DNA of 64,000 bases, taken from NCBI RefSeq assembly GCF_009914755.1, contig NC_060935.1. The stretch is one strand, 5' to 3'. Positions 19,379 through 33,630 of the stretch are shown here, piece by piece. Numbering within the stretch: position 1 is the stretch's first letter; each line of letters opens with the position of its first letter. The notes under the pieces are model-generated. The model was not told the origin of the DNA. It searched no databases and saw only the letters and a list, made by a program, of their open reading frames with translations. Both the position numbers and the translations under genes were made by a program. The DNA comes from the human T2T-CHM13v2.0 reference genome, Homo sapiens.

Positions 19379-20368
19379 TAAATATATAATAAATACAATA
19401 AATATACAAAGTAATATTTCAAAATATTTTAAAATATAGTAATATTTTCATATGCTATGAAATATTCCTTTGAAAATGCTTTAATGGAGCACTATTCTTC
19501 CCTCATAAGGTTTATTCCATAATTTATTTTACCAGTTCCAAATCCATATTGTTCAACAGATGACCTATATATTTTAAGCGGGAAATTAGTGGTAACATTT
19601 ATAATCCTTCTTATAAAGCAAAGGGATAACCATTTAGGTCAAAGATGTTTGAAATCCATAAATAAAAGTTTGTTGATTGCTCGAAATAACAGTAAGTAGC
19701 ACCTATGTTAGAAATTTAACTGCTTTTGTGTTAGTTTGTACCTTATCTCATATTTTTTGTACCTGCAATTCACTTTAAGTGTTTTCTCATTTAAAGCCAC
19801 CAAAAAACAATTCATTTCAGTTTGGCACAAGTATTTAAAGAATAACAATACAAATGGCAATAATGTCAATACTTTCAACATGCAGAGCTTCATTATCAGC
19901 ATGATGCAAGCATTATTATTTCTGATTCTCAGCACTTGAGACAGAGTATCACAGGCTTCTCATTAGGATGTGAGGTTTGTAAGATTTTACGCTAAAGCAT
20001 CATCATAAATTTCACATAAAGATTGATAGATGTGAAAAACCTAAATTATATAATTAGGGACAAGATGATCAGCTGAGAAAATTAAACACAAAAATAGAAT
20101 ATGGCTTCCTTCTTTTAATGCCATGGTAACCTCTTGGGCTAAAGCCCAGTATCCACAATTACAATAACAGAAATTTACAGCTTTCCAGATGCTTCCCTCA
20201 GAGAGCAATGCCTGCCCCACTTTTCACCATTTCCTGGAAAAACTTTACTTATATTTCAAATCTCAGCTAAGCTTCACCTTCCTTAGAAAGTCATCTCCAC
20301 TTCCCCACCAAACCTCACACACACACATTGGGAGCTCTTGTCTTCTATTCAGACTTTGTCATAGCCCC

Positions 20369-21124
<756 letters not shown>

Positions 21125-21656
21125 CCATCTCACACCCTCTTCCTTATTCAATCATTCAACAAATTTCATTAAATGGTGACTATGTGCCAAACAGTATACT
21201 TTCTTGCTTGCCTCTTGCTCCACTACTAATCAATATGACCCTTCAGGTCAGGAACTTTATCATTGCATTCCATAGCCTACACAATTGCATACACAGAAGA
21301 GGGTGCTAATAAAAAATTGGTGATTAAATGATTAAATGCCGCTATTGATTTTTCATAGTGAGGTTATTTTTAAAGTGCTTTTGTCTCCTAGTGAAGAGTG
21401 ATATTCAAAGAGGTTTTGAAGGCTGAGAATAAAAGAAAGCAGTCTTTTAATGACAATCACAAACGTACCTAAAGTAAACAACAGAATATGTGCATTTTAA
21501 ACAAACAGGTCTTAGATTTCTGTTGTTGTTTTTCTCATCGACTATGCAAATAAAATGCCATTTCTCTTTGATTGTATGAATCTTTTTTACTTTGTCAACA
21601 TAAAAACAGCCAAATGGACTTTCAATGAACTTGAACGATATGTTTGGGAAGGCCTG

Positions 21657-21900
21657 AGGCACAGTATAGCATAATGAATAAATTCTGAAGTCAAAATGCC
21701 TGAGTTTGAATTTCTGCTTCACTACTCCTTTGGTATAAACTTTAGCAAGCATTTAATCTCTCAAGACCTATAGTTCCTCGTCTACAAATTAGGATTAATG
21801 AGTATATATTACATATAAAGCATATAGGAGGATTCAAAGAGATACTGTATCTTTAATATGGTGTCTTGGTTATAGTAAATGTTTGATAAAGGTTAATTTG
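21657..21900 (+). mobile_element. MIR
   Basis: aggcacagtatagcataatg...gcctgagtttgaatttctgcttcactact...agttcctcgtctacaaattagga. Confidence 0.7.
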
Positions 21901-21979
21901 ATTTATTTCTATTATATTACTCTCATTAGTAATAAAATGACATCTATAACAGTTATGGTTACAAAATCTGGTATGAAAC

Positions 21980-22339
21980 TGTCTTAGTCCATCTGTGCTG
22001 CTATAACAAAAGACCTGAGACTGTAACTTGTAAACAATAGAAATGTATTTCTCACAATTTTAGAAACTGGGAAGTCGAAGATCAAGGCAATGGCATCTAG
22101 TGAGGACATTCCTGCTCTATCCTTAGTTGTCCTAAGGTGTAAGGACAAAAGGCAGACAAATGCTGTGACATCACATAGCAGAAGAGCAGAAGAGTGAATC
22201 CACCCCTGCTAACCCTTTTTATAAAGGCAGAGCCCTCAGGACCTAACCACCTCCCACCAGGCCCACCTGCCAACACTGCCTCACTGGAGAGCAAGTTTCT
22301 AATGCATGAATTTTGGGGGACATATTCAGAATTATGGCA
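21980..22339 (-). mobile_element. MaLR solo LTR (MSTD/MLT1A-like)
   Basis: tgtcttagtccatctgtgctgctataacaaaa...gggaagtcgaagatcaagg...catgaattttgggggacatattcag. Confidence 0.8.
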
Positions 22340-22779
22340 GCATCTATTAGAAATTCTTACTAACTGAGAAAGATTAAATATTTAAGATTCTAGAAAACAG
22401 GTGAGATCATTCATTCATTCATTAACATCTACTGAACATGGGGCAATTACAAAAATAAGAGTCAAAGCAAAGATTGCTTTTGTCTTCAAGAGGCAATCAA
22501 TCTACTCTTGATCAGCATTTCTAAGACTGGCTTCATTTTAAGTCTCTTGCAGCACTGAGATATATCACCATAGCAAGGGGTTGTCCATGTTGAGACGTGG
22601 ATGAATCAGAAAGAACTGCCTGTAAATAACCTCAAGGTGGTATAGGCAGATAGAGTTATAGTTGCAGGATTCACTGGCTCCCTGCTTTCCTGGAAAAATG
22701 CTTATAACTCCTTAAACACAAGACACCTCATGTTCTCACTTCTTCTTATCGATAGACATATATTACTATTTACACCTCC

Positions 22780-24100
22780 TACATTATATTTATCTTTTTA
22801 TTGGATATCCTTTCTCTTTTTTTTTCTCCTTGGAAAATTGGAAAAATTGAAAGATGTTATAAGACTTTAATTATTACTACCTATTATTTTACCCATTCTT
22901 GATTTCCTATATGGTGATTATAACTTTTAAGTACCCAATAAAATATTATTTTGCACATTCATTTCAACTAACTAATTTTTTATCTACCTTCTTTTTGCTC
23001 ACCATGCCTACTTGCATCTCATCTCTTTTTCTGGAAATATTCATTCGGAATACTTTCTTTAAATTTTACTCAAAAATACATCCTTTAGAAATGCATTTAT
23101 TAAAGTGCTATAAGTGGCAAATGCTGTTTTCCTGTATTTCAATTTAATCCTTATTCTTGAATAATAGTCGAGCTGGTAGTCATTTGTTTCTTGGAGCACT
23201 TCGAAGATCTCTCTTTTCCATTATTGCTAACGCAAAGTCAAATTTAAGACTCTCATTTTATCCTAATTAATTCAATTTTTCTCTTGACTGCATTTCAGAT
23301 TTTTTGTGTGTGTTTGGTGTATTTTAGTTCGTCTATGATATGCCCTGCTGTATATTTCTTTATATTCTAATTGTGATCTATTGGGCCTCCCCAAAGTCAG
23401 AAATTGTGTCTTTGATCAGTATTGAAAATTATCCTCCGTTACAATTTTGTTAGTGTTCATTGTAAAATTATTATTAGCTTTATTATGAAGGTGTTAAAAA
23501 TCAACTGATTACTGGAGTGTTATTACCTCTCCCTCTTTCATTCTATTCTCCACTTCTGAAACTCTGAAAATATATATGTTGGAGCTTTTCCTTCTGTTCT
23601 CCGTGTCTCTTAAACATTCTTGCTAAGTTTCTATATATTTACTCTTTGTACTGTAATCTGTGTAATTCTCTTCAATCTATAGGTTATATTTCCCAATTAT
23701 CACTTTAGCATTTTCTATTCTAGTGTTTTCCCAGTTTATCAGATTAGTGATCTCTTCTTTTCTTTGTTGTTTATACTGACTCTTTCTTTCCTCACGTGTT
23801 TTGTAACTTTTACTGTGAATTTATATTCACATCTGTGTTTTATTTGTAAAAAAAAACTGTAGAAATAAAAAGATAAAATTATTTTCTTCTTGATAAATTT
23901 TGCTTTTGCTTTTCCAATTGCCCTCATAGACTTCCAATCTGGAAAGCTTGCATTTGCTTTATTGGCTTATAATTCAAATACTTCAGAAGCGGTGTAAATT
24001 CGAACTCTAAATATGATTCAGGTCACAGTTTCTTATGGGAGTTGTTTTATTCATTTTTTTAATGTAACACTCAAGTTAAGACATAATCAAAATGTTTTTT
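22780..24100 (-). mobile_element. Ancient L1M/HAL1-like ORF1-region remnant
   Basis: T-rich strand with motifs ccttattcttgaataatagt, gcacttcgaagat, tgtgtctttgatcagtattgaaaattatc; highly decayed. Confidence 0.5.
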
Positions 24101-24269
24101 CATTTCTTTTACTGATTAACATATATTTTCTTTCCCCATCTTTCATTGCAGTATAGAACATAAATGTGACAATACTTGGGAGTCCCATTTCCATCTTCCC
24201 AATATGGTAAATTGAATAAAGGCATACATAAAGAAACAAATTTATGAATAAGTGAATCATTAAATTGAG

Positions 24270-24415
24270 GTGTTAATGCACACAGTTTGGCGTTAGGAAG
24301 TACCGGGTTAGAATTCTGGCTTTTTAATTTAGTAAATATGTGACCCAAAAATGGCTTTTTGTTTCAAGGCTTACTTTCACTATTTGTAAAATACCAATGA
24401 AAATTTCCATTTTTA
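24270..24415 (+). mobile_element. MIR
   Basis: ggttagaattctggct...tgtgaccc...tttcactatttgtaaaat. Confidence 0.55.
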
Positions 24416-24419
24416 GTTA

Positions 24420-24860
24420 CCACAGTTATTTTGGTTGCAAATAATAGAGACTAAACACAAACTGATATAATAAAAACATGACTTTACTGTATGTAATTGG
24501 AACAGCCAGTGGAAAGGTGCAAGTATTTCATGGACTTAAACGATTGATATATTCCCTTTCTTTCTCTATCTGTATCTCTACCTCTCTTTTTCTTTTCTTA
24601 CAAATGTATTTTCCTTTTGCATGGTTCTGTTATCAGACAGAATTTTCAAACAACGGCTATCAACAGTTCTGAGCTTACCTTCCATCAGTTTGGCAACCCA
24701 AATTAAAAAGAGTCCCTATTTCCTATTTATGCCAAATCCCCAAGACTTGCTACTCATTGGATATAATTTCCTATGCTTGAATCAGATATCTATCCTTCAG
24801 TCAAAGGATAAAACTAGTGAGGTCCAAGCCATATGGTCTGAGCAGAGAAAGATGCTTTTC
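24420..24860 (-). mobile_element. Old MaLR LTR (MLT1J/K/L-like)
   Basis: ttggttgcaaataatagagactaaacacaaactg...tgtaattggaacagccagtgg resembles the MLT1K-type end. Confidence 0.45.
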
Positions 24861-25034
24861 CAAAGCACCTTTGACTCAAAGCATTCAGGACCGTGATATA
24901 AGGAGAAATAAATTGTAATAAAAAATAACAATAATTCATCAGTATATAGGACTGCGAAGGATAAAGTGATGTAATGATAAGAAATTAGCATAATACTACT
25001 AGTAGTACTATAGTACAGTAGTAGTTGTAATAGT

Positions 25035-25367
25035 ATGTTTGTCTTTCGGTATCCATGGAGAATTTGTTCCAGGACCTCCTATGGATGCCAAAATCCATGG
25101 ACGCTCAAGTTTCTGAGATAACATGGCATAACACTTGCATATAATCTATGCACAGCCTCTCATATACATTAAATCATCTCTAGATTACTTACAAAATCTA
25201 AAACAATGTAAATCCTTTGTAAATATTTGTTATACTATATTGTTTATAGAATAATGACAAGAAAAAGGTCTGCATGTTCAGCACAGATGCATTTGTAAAA
25301 AAATATTTTTGATCTGTGGTTGGTTCAATGCATGGATGCAGAACCCATGGATACTGAAGGTTGGCTG
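25035..25367 (+). mobile_element. MER2 (TcMar-Tigger)
   Basis: cggtatccatggagaatttgttccaggacc...aaatcatctctagattactta...gaacccatggatactgaaggttggctg; terminal inverted repeats; lies within a (TAG)n-like low-complexity tract. Confidence 0.88.
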
Positions 25368-27199
25368 TGTTTCCACTTGTACTGGTAACAGTAATAGCAG
25401 CAATAATAGTTGTGGGCTTTGATGTCAATGATTAAATCAGAAAAGTGGATAATTTTAATTTATTGTATCATATATAAGTACAACATCTGGTACATATTAG
25501 ATATGACAAGGATTTTTGTTGAAACAATGAGTAAATAAATGAATAAATTTAAAAATACCCTAATATTCTAATTTAGTGGCTTTTAAATGTTTCTAGCAGC
25601 AGAAGCATTTTGTGTGTGTGTGTGTGTGTTTGTGTTCCAAAAAATGAGCATTTGATAATCCCAGCCTTTTATATCCCCAAGGTAAAAAACTATTCTTTTG
25701 TACTCCTGGAGCAGGCCACTGTATTTATGGTTCACCAGGAGACATAGGGAGGCAATTATATCTGAGAAAGCAAGGTTTTGAACTGAAGAGATTAATTTTA
25801 CACTGAGGAGTAGGTGGATGCCAAACATTTACATTTTAATGGGGAGGCAGCTATATGAATCAGAACCTTCTTTTACGTTAATCAGAGAAGCTTTTTTAGA
25901 TGAAATGCAGGTGGTTTTAGTCATTCTAAAACTCTTTTCCTACCAATTACCAATGTGCTTTTAGGAAAGATAGACTAGCTTGATGCTGATTAAATTCTTG
26001 GGTTGTATTTTGTGAATGTCTACTATTTTACAATTGTGAATAATAATTTTAAAACCATATTTTCCCATTTGTTTGCAACATAAAAGACTCAGGGAATGAA
26101 AGCCTTTGAGACTCACATATGTCTAACAAATTAGCCCTATCCCTAAAGAATTGGTATTAAATTTGATGTAACATATCTCTATTATAATAAATTTCCATGG
26201 ACCGGATAGTAGAACTATGTAACTGGGACAGAAACTGTGAGTTCTAGAATAGAACTTGACGTTTTACAGAAAGTATGGCTATCAAACACGAAGGTTTTCT
26301 TATCTTTCCTGAAAGATATAAACTTAACTACCTCATTGATGCAATACTTTTCATCAGTTCACTGATTATTTTTTAACTCCACTATGTTTACATGCATATC
26401 AATGATCTAGATGAATGTAGTTGTAATTGGCATAATAAATTTTCCTCGTTTGATTTTTCTTATTGCTCTAGAGAAGGAAATGTCATCAACCCACCTTACA
26501 TTCAGCAGACAGGTTCAAATCTGTTTTTTCAGACCTTGTTTGATATCCTTTCCTTATTCCCACTTTAACATATCCTTTACCATGAGCATACAGTTACCTT
26601 ACTTGCTGCTAATTCGTCCATCAATCCTGTATGCATTTGCCAGGAAACAGTTTTGCTTCACTAGCAGTCCTTGATTCTCAGTGGATAGGCACTAGGTTAT
26701 CTATTGAATCGAAGGAAATTCCCCAGCATAGTCAGCCCTGGGACTTCCTGTTTTTAGTCTAGTGGTTCTTTAAATGTGTCATGACTGAATAAGTAATGAG
26801 TTATCTAGCACAAACTTGAATTTTAACTCACATTAAGTATTAATGAGTTTACATTCACCGGGTTTAAATTGATGAACACTTGGTGACCCTACCTCCAATG
26901 TTCCACCTCCATTCCAATTTTAATGTTGCTATTTAGGTTTCTCTTTTGAAAATACAGATCTAATTTCAATACCTACTTGTTCTCAAATCTCTCATAGTTT
27001 CCTGTTCCTGAGAGAATACTCAAAACATACTCTGTCATCCTCAAACCTCCTCAGCATGTGGAGTTCACTTAAATTCTGTACAGCAAAATAAAGGTTATGA
27101 AAACCTTTTGACAAGTCATAAAGATCCTATGCACTTCCCTTTCTTTTTTCTTTTACTTCTCACATTTACATATAACCTATAAAATAATTCTAGAAACTG

Positions 27200-27412
27200 A
27201 AATTTTATTGACTCCAATGATCTCATTTCTCACTCCTGCTTGAAATCCCACTGTTATTGTACTAATTTAGGGCCTCATCACATCTCACTTGGGCTATTTC
27301 AGGATTGCCTAATTCACTTATCTGAATCTTACTGCTCTAACTTCAGTCTATCTCTCACCCTATAGCCAGTGGGATCTTTTTAGTAGAAAAATTTGATCAT
27401 GTCACTTGCTTC
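27200..27412 (+). mobile_element. L2 fragment
   Basis: ggcctcatcacatctcacttgggctattt...cagtgggatcttttt...tgatcatgtcact. Confidence 0.6.
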
Positions 27413-27439
27413 TGTGGTGACCCACGTGGAACCCCAGAG

Positions 27440-27895
27440 TTGTTAAGAGTTGTTATGAAGACTATGTTAAGCTGAAGACATTTGAGATGTATCAGATACA
27501 TGAAGAAACATTCTTAGAGCTCTGTTATCTGACTAAAAACAGGAACTTCTCAAAAATAAATGAGGCAGCCATAAATTCCCTCTTTGGAGCAGGTCCTCTT
27601 CCAAGAGGAAAATCAGGAATGAATTTGTCATAAATTCCCTGTAAGGGGATTTTTTTTTTTTGGTCATGGTAAGACCACCTGCATCTGCATACACAAACAT
27701 TTTCACCAACTTTCATAACTTCAACTTGTTCTCCTAAAACCCTTTTGTCTTTCCTATAGGCACCTATTTGTTCTCCCCATAGAAACATTTTATTCCCTCT
27801 CTCTTACTAAGTTGGGCATATAAGCTTCCAACTTTAACCATTTAACAGCTAGCTACTTCTTCTGTTAGCTCGATATGCATACAAACAACTCTTTC
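27440..27895 (+). mobile_element. ERV1 solo LTR, MER34/MER39-like
   Basis: aagactatgttaagctgaagacatttgag, ttatctgactaaaa, catataagcttccaactttaacca (TATA region); subfamily uncertain. Confidence 0.55.
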
Positions 27896-29247
27896 ACTTC
27901 CTTACCCTGGCTGTTAGTCTTTCTAAGACGTGGCACCTCCCTGTGTCACCAGCCCTTGTCCTGCTCCTCTTTAAGTCCTGTTCCTGCTGTGCCAAATCCG
28001 ATCAGGCAACCTGTTCACTGGCCTCACACTCATTCATGTGTGTAGAACAATCTTTGCTTGTCAACTGGGAAAACTATTGTTCAAAGTCTTATTCTGATCA
28101 TCACGTTACATTTGAAGTTTTCATTATTATGGTCTGTCAAGATCGAATTAGTCTCACTTCCTCTGAACTATCTACATCCTGAATGTAATTTTCCCTTTGC
28201 CCCTATTTCACTGTCACTTGTGGCATTAGGGTTATTAATAATTATTAGTTTAAGTTTTAACTCTTCAAGGAAAAAACATCAAAATATTTTTCTGATTATT
28301 TCTATATACCTGGAATTGTAATGTGGAGATAGCATAACTAGATAGACTAAATTTCTCTTGACCTGTATAGGCTAGTGACTGTTTTCCTCATATTTGTTAC
28401 TCTGAGGAGAGAAAGCACTGACATATATTTATTAAATAAGCATTTAAGTAATTGCATCTTTAAATAATTGGATATGGTATGAACTATGAAGAGAATTCAG
28501 TCTCATTTAAAAAAAATATTTTTAATTAGTTTTGACCAGTATTTTCAGAAGCTACATAATAAAAGCATGCTGATCCCATCTCCAAATCAAACTACTAAAG
28601 AAGAGATAACCACCCATCCGAAAGATTGTAACTTGCTCTTAGATCTGAAAGGCAGACCGGCAAACATGCTCAGGGCATCTCACCCATCCTACGTGGAGCT
28701 CTCCAGAGGTGCATTCACATAATTCTATCGACTCTATTATAGCCATGCCTAGGCTTGCCTTCAGCAGCTCCAATAATAGCAAACCCCTCACCTTCAATCA
28801 CAACTTGTTCTATTAACAATCATAAACTTTTTTAGGAGCTGAGGAAAAAAATTGCGTGTGTGTGTGTTTGTGTGTGTCTATAGACTTTGAACAACTTGCT
28901 GCTACAGTTTTACAGATAAAATTAAGACAACTCTTTAACAAAAATGAGAAGTGAATTTTCAATATACTAAATGGCAAGGAAACTTGTTTTTCTTCTCTTT
29001 CTGATAGAATAACAATACTGTGAAGAAACTAGAGTTCTTTTAGTTCAACATCACTGTTTTACAGGTGGGGTACTGAAGTCCAGGAGAGGACTACACAGAC
29101 AAATAGGCTATTTCATGGACAAGCCAGGACTAGAACATCCATCTGCCTAATCTCCCAGATCTCCTTTCCCCATTCCACCTCCTCTTTATCTGGGAAAGAT
29201 TTTATTGAGTTTTTTTTTTTTTGGCTCTCTCACCTTCCATAATATTC

Positions 29248-29304
<57 letters not shown>
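29248..29304. repeat. Compound (TA)n(GA)n microsatellite
   Basis: About 9 perfect TA units followed by about 19 perfect GA units. Confidence 0.95.
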
Positions 29305-29308
<4 letters not shown>

Positions 29309-29658
29309 GGAAGGTGGAAGAGACAAAACAATTTATTACACATATAATATATATAATAAAAACAATTATAACATTATATATAATTTGTAATACATATAAT
29401 TTTATAATTACTTTAGTGATAGAATAACATTCAGTAACATTACTATATTTACCACATGTCCTCAGTCTCCTGCCCCATTCACCCTCCAGCCTGACTACAC
29501 ACACAGCAAGCAATAATTTAGCCCTTCCCACTACCCTGAGTAGAGCTTTTCTCTTTCCGACTGGTTCCTAAGGTCTTCGTGACTGATCTATACAATCGGC
29601 TTGAAAGGACAGAATCTGAGAAGCAGAGGAGGGGAGAAAGAGTTAGGGAACACTATTA

Positions 29659-30248
29659 CAGTCGTGTCACTTAAAAATGGGGATACATTCTGAAAATATG
29701 TCATTAGGTGATTTTGTCATTCTGCAAATGTCAGAGTGTACTTACACAAACCTCGATGGTATAGCCTACTATATACTTAGGCTATATGGTATAGCTTCTT
29801 GCTCCTAGGCTGCAAATTCGTAGCATGTTACTGTGGGCAATTGTAACACATGGTAAGTATTTGTGCATTTAAACATATTAAAACATAAAGTATGTACAGC
29901 AAAAATATGGCACAGAAGACAACAAATGGTACACCTGTATAGGGCACTTACCATGAATGGAGCTTGCAGGAATAGAAGTTGCACTGAGTGAGTCAGTGAG
30001 TGAGTGGTGAGTGAATGTGAAGGTCTAGGACATTATATACACTACTGTAGACTTTATAAACACTGTACACTTAGGCTACACCAAATTTATAAAAAATAAA
30101 GTAACTATGCTACAAGGTTATGACCACTGAAATGTCACTAGGTGACAGAAATTTTTCAGCTCCATTGTAATCTTATGGGACCACCTTCACTTATGTGGTT
30201 TGTCTTTGACCAAAATACTGTTATGTGACATGTTATGTGACATGTGAC
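29659..30248 (+). mobile_element. Tigger3 deletion derivative (MER7/Tigger3c-like)
   Basis: TA followed by cagtcgtgtcacttaa...ggggatacattctga; tatagcctacta; gagtgagtcagtgagtgagtggtgagtgaatgtgaagg; taatcttatgggaccacc. Confidence 0.85.
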
Positions 30249-30616
30249 ACCAATCTACAAGAATCCAGAAAGGAAAAAGGCAGAAGCTATGAGATCCTTT
30301 TTGGCTGAAAGAAGACAGACTTTTAGTGGTGGAGGGTGCAGATGGAGAGATGTCAGTTGAAGCTCCAGAGGATGCTTACTGCAAGAGTACATAGGAAGGG
30401 ACACTTAGGGTTATGGCTTAAATCTCCTTTATAATCAGTAAAGAGTAAAACTTTGTTATTATTGTTGTTGTTATTACTGGTAGGCCTGTTTGAACAGTTT
30501 CAATAAACATGGCCTTGCTATAAAAGCTTTGGTTTTACTTGAGCTAAAGGAGATAAACAAATTAAAATTCTTGAACAACTAGGTTTAAATGCATTTAAGA
30601 ATATTATATTCTAGAC

Positions 30617-30769
30617 TGGGATTTGTCAAGCCAGGGCACATTTTTTTTTGTATGGCTTATGCTCTACATGATTAAAGGGTTATACAAACAACAGCCAAAG
30701 CATAACTGGCAGGCAAATCCTAAAGTATTTATTATCTGGCCCTTTACAGGAGACACTTGCTGACCCCTG
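30617..30769. mobile_element. MER58-like hAT-Charlie MITE, internally deleted
   Basis: tatctggccctttacagg...tgctgacccctg end; perfect 8-bp TSD ttctagac at 30609-30616 and 30770-30777 (Charlie NTCTAGAN preference). Confidence 0.85.
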
Positions 30770-32587
30770 TTCTAGACGAAGGGCAAAGAAGGCCTTTTTA
30801 CATTTCCTAAATCTTTGAGTTTGAACTTTCCCTTAAAAATGAGTTGGAAAATTGGTCAGATGTAGAAATTGGGACTTGGGAGACCAAAGTGCTACTCTAT
30901 CCAAAGTGAGACTGACAATCAGGAGTGGTTACAGCTGAGAGCCCAGGTCAGTACTGTGGGAGGAGATTAGAATGCAGAGATTATGAGGACTCTGTGGCTG
31001 CTCTCAAGAGGCTTACAGGCTAAGGACAGCAGATCCAACATGGAAGCTTTTCAAAGTTTGAGAGGCATTTCTTGAAAAGGGATCTGTTAATTTTAACGTA
31101 ACGGCCAACAAAGCTTTGGAGTTAAAGTTAATCTTTTTGAACAAGTCATATGACTCCAACAGTTTCTTTCTTCACAGAATGGTCACAAAATTGATAACTT
31201 TTTAAATAATATTATTGTGAAAATTAAAGTACTGACCTTTAATATTACCTGGCGCAGACAAGTGATAGGTAGAAATTATTAAATTGTAGGTGTTTAATTC
31301 TTTGTGACTTAAAAGAACAATCTCCAGTTCATACAACAGGTTGTGGAGCAATTGACAGCTTTGAGACAGCTCAGTAAGACAGCTGAGAGGCAAATGATAG
31401 AGCTATTTTAGTGGATAAGAGACATGGGATGCTTAGTTTCTTCCCCAGGTAGTTTTAGATGCCCAGATGGAGTGGAATTATCATTTCCATTATCATCAGT
31501 GTAACTAGTGAAAGGATATATACATAATTGTCTCAAACACCTTGCTTTTCATTTCTTACAGCTGAATCCCCAGCGTTTAGTTAATATCTTAACTGCAGAG
31601 AGTCCCCAAAGGACAAGGGGTCCCAAGAGGTCTGTAAGGGGTAAAGGTGTCTATAGTGTTTAATACTCGGTTAAAACAAGCAAACATACAAAAACACATA
31701 ACACAACAAACACAAAACTGAAAGATTAATCATTTGTTACAAGCTTTATAAAAACCTCCCTCTGACCTTCAAAATGTCCATGAATCCCTATGTCATATAG
31801 CCAAGGGTTATTTTTAACAATTTAAGGAATGGCCAAATAAATCTTACACTAGGCACATGGGAAAGATGATCTGGATATCATAGCATCATTTCATTTTATT
31901 AATACCTATATTTGAGTAAAAGCTGAAATAGGATTTGTTACGCCAGATTCTCTAACAGCATAACATTATTTATACTGGTAGGTATGGGTAAGTAAGTGAG
32001 TTAATGTTGCAGCATTTTTTAAAGCCAGCTGTTCCCCAAGCAAGGAAATATCTGGCTGTCAAAAATGATCGATTGTATAAAAAGAACCAAGCTTTGCAAA
32101 TTTCTAAACAAGATATTCAGTGAAGTTCTCCAACTACCTAAACAAGCTTATTCTAGCAACCAAGTTGTGAGACTAGGAGCTTCGGTTTCATGCTTATAGA
32201 TATGTTTTCCTTACCCCAGAGTGTCAGTAAATCGAAAATGTCACAACCCTTGGGGCGCATGAAAAATGCATATTATTTCACATCTGTTTTTCACTTGATC
32301 CCAACGGGCCTGATATTTCTCCAAATTGCTATGTGGAAAAACCAATTTAATTTGATTGAGGTATCAACAGAAACTTAAAGCAAAGTAGAATACTTGCTTT
32401 AAGGTTAAAATGGGAAACTTTGCTTTGTATTGTTATTGCTGAGAAATGCTTCTAGGAGAATTGTTCTTTATTTTAAATTTATTTTCTTTGCTTCGATTAC
32501 AACTTTGACTCATCTCTTTAACATGTAGTTCGAGAAGCCTTCCAAAATTTCATCAAAAATATTTTTCTCTTTTCTAAAAACCGTAAA

Positions 32588-32790
32588 GGCATATAATGGA
32601 AAGACGAAAGCTTAGAAATGGATAGACTGAGTTGAAAGCACAACCCTGTTTTGTAATAGCTATGTAACTTTGGTGAAGTTATTTAACCTGAGACTCATTT
32701 CCTCTCATACAAAATTAGGTATGGGATACAAACACCTTAGTAAATATAAATGCCCAAGCAGAACCTAAGCAATAATAATTCTGTTCATTT
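32588..32790 (+). mobile_element. MIR
   Basis: ggcatataatggaaaga...tagctatgtaactttggtgaagttatttaacct. Confidence 0.6.
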
Positions 32791-33630
32791 TTAAAAACAA
32801 ATGGACAATTCTAATCAGTTGAATGAAGCCTTAGATGATAGAAAAGATGACTGATACTGGTCCCTGCCTGTTTGGTAACAATGTGATTTCATTTTTATAA
32901 ACATTTCTATGTATCATGACTCTTGTCTTCACATATTCTACAGTTATCTGCAAAGCATGGTTTTGACTATGAGAACATCAAAAATCACTCCAAATGCGGG
33001 GAATGTAAAAATACAAGAACTGTATTGAAGGGAAATGTTGGTGATCTGAAGGAGGACGGAATATAACCCAATCCATCAACCTCTGATCATCTCTACACTC
33101 TCGCCAATCTCCTCAGGGGGAGGCATCAGATTCGATCAAGCACAATCCATTTTGCAGAAGGGCTGTGTGTTCACTGATAAGCGTGCTCAGCGACAGGCAG
33201 AGCATTGTCTGCAGCTTCTCCCTAGAGCACTCGCTGGCTATTTATTTCACTTTTCCCCTATCAAGCAAAGACATTTACTAAATTTTGCTTTATGTTGTCA
33301 CAGGATTCCTTTGAAAAGCACCCTGTTTGGAGCCGGCTGAAAAGGTTGGCAAAGGCGGATGCCTTGTGACAAGCTCACAGGGCTGTACTGGCATATGTGG
33401 GATTTCTTAGGGAAAATTATCCCTTCACTGGGCAATTAAAATCCATCTGGTTACTCTGCCAGCTGAAGAATTCAGCGAATTCAGTGCCAGAAACTATCAG
33501 GTGTGGATGTCTCAAATTTCCTTTGAATGAGATGTTGGGAACATTCATCCCTCAATGATGTATCCCTTGTGAAATATTGTTAAAAATACAGAATAGGAAA
33601 AGAGGGTCATACAATCACAGAATTGTTTAT

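Noticed and set aside
29202-29531. ORFs with ERERER / LSLSLS / IYIYI runs
   Set aside because: Translations of the (TA)n(GA)n microsatellite.
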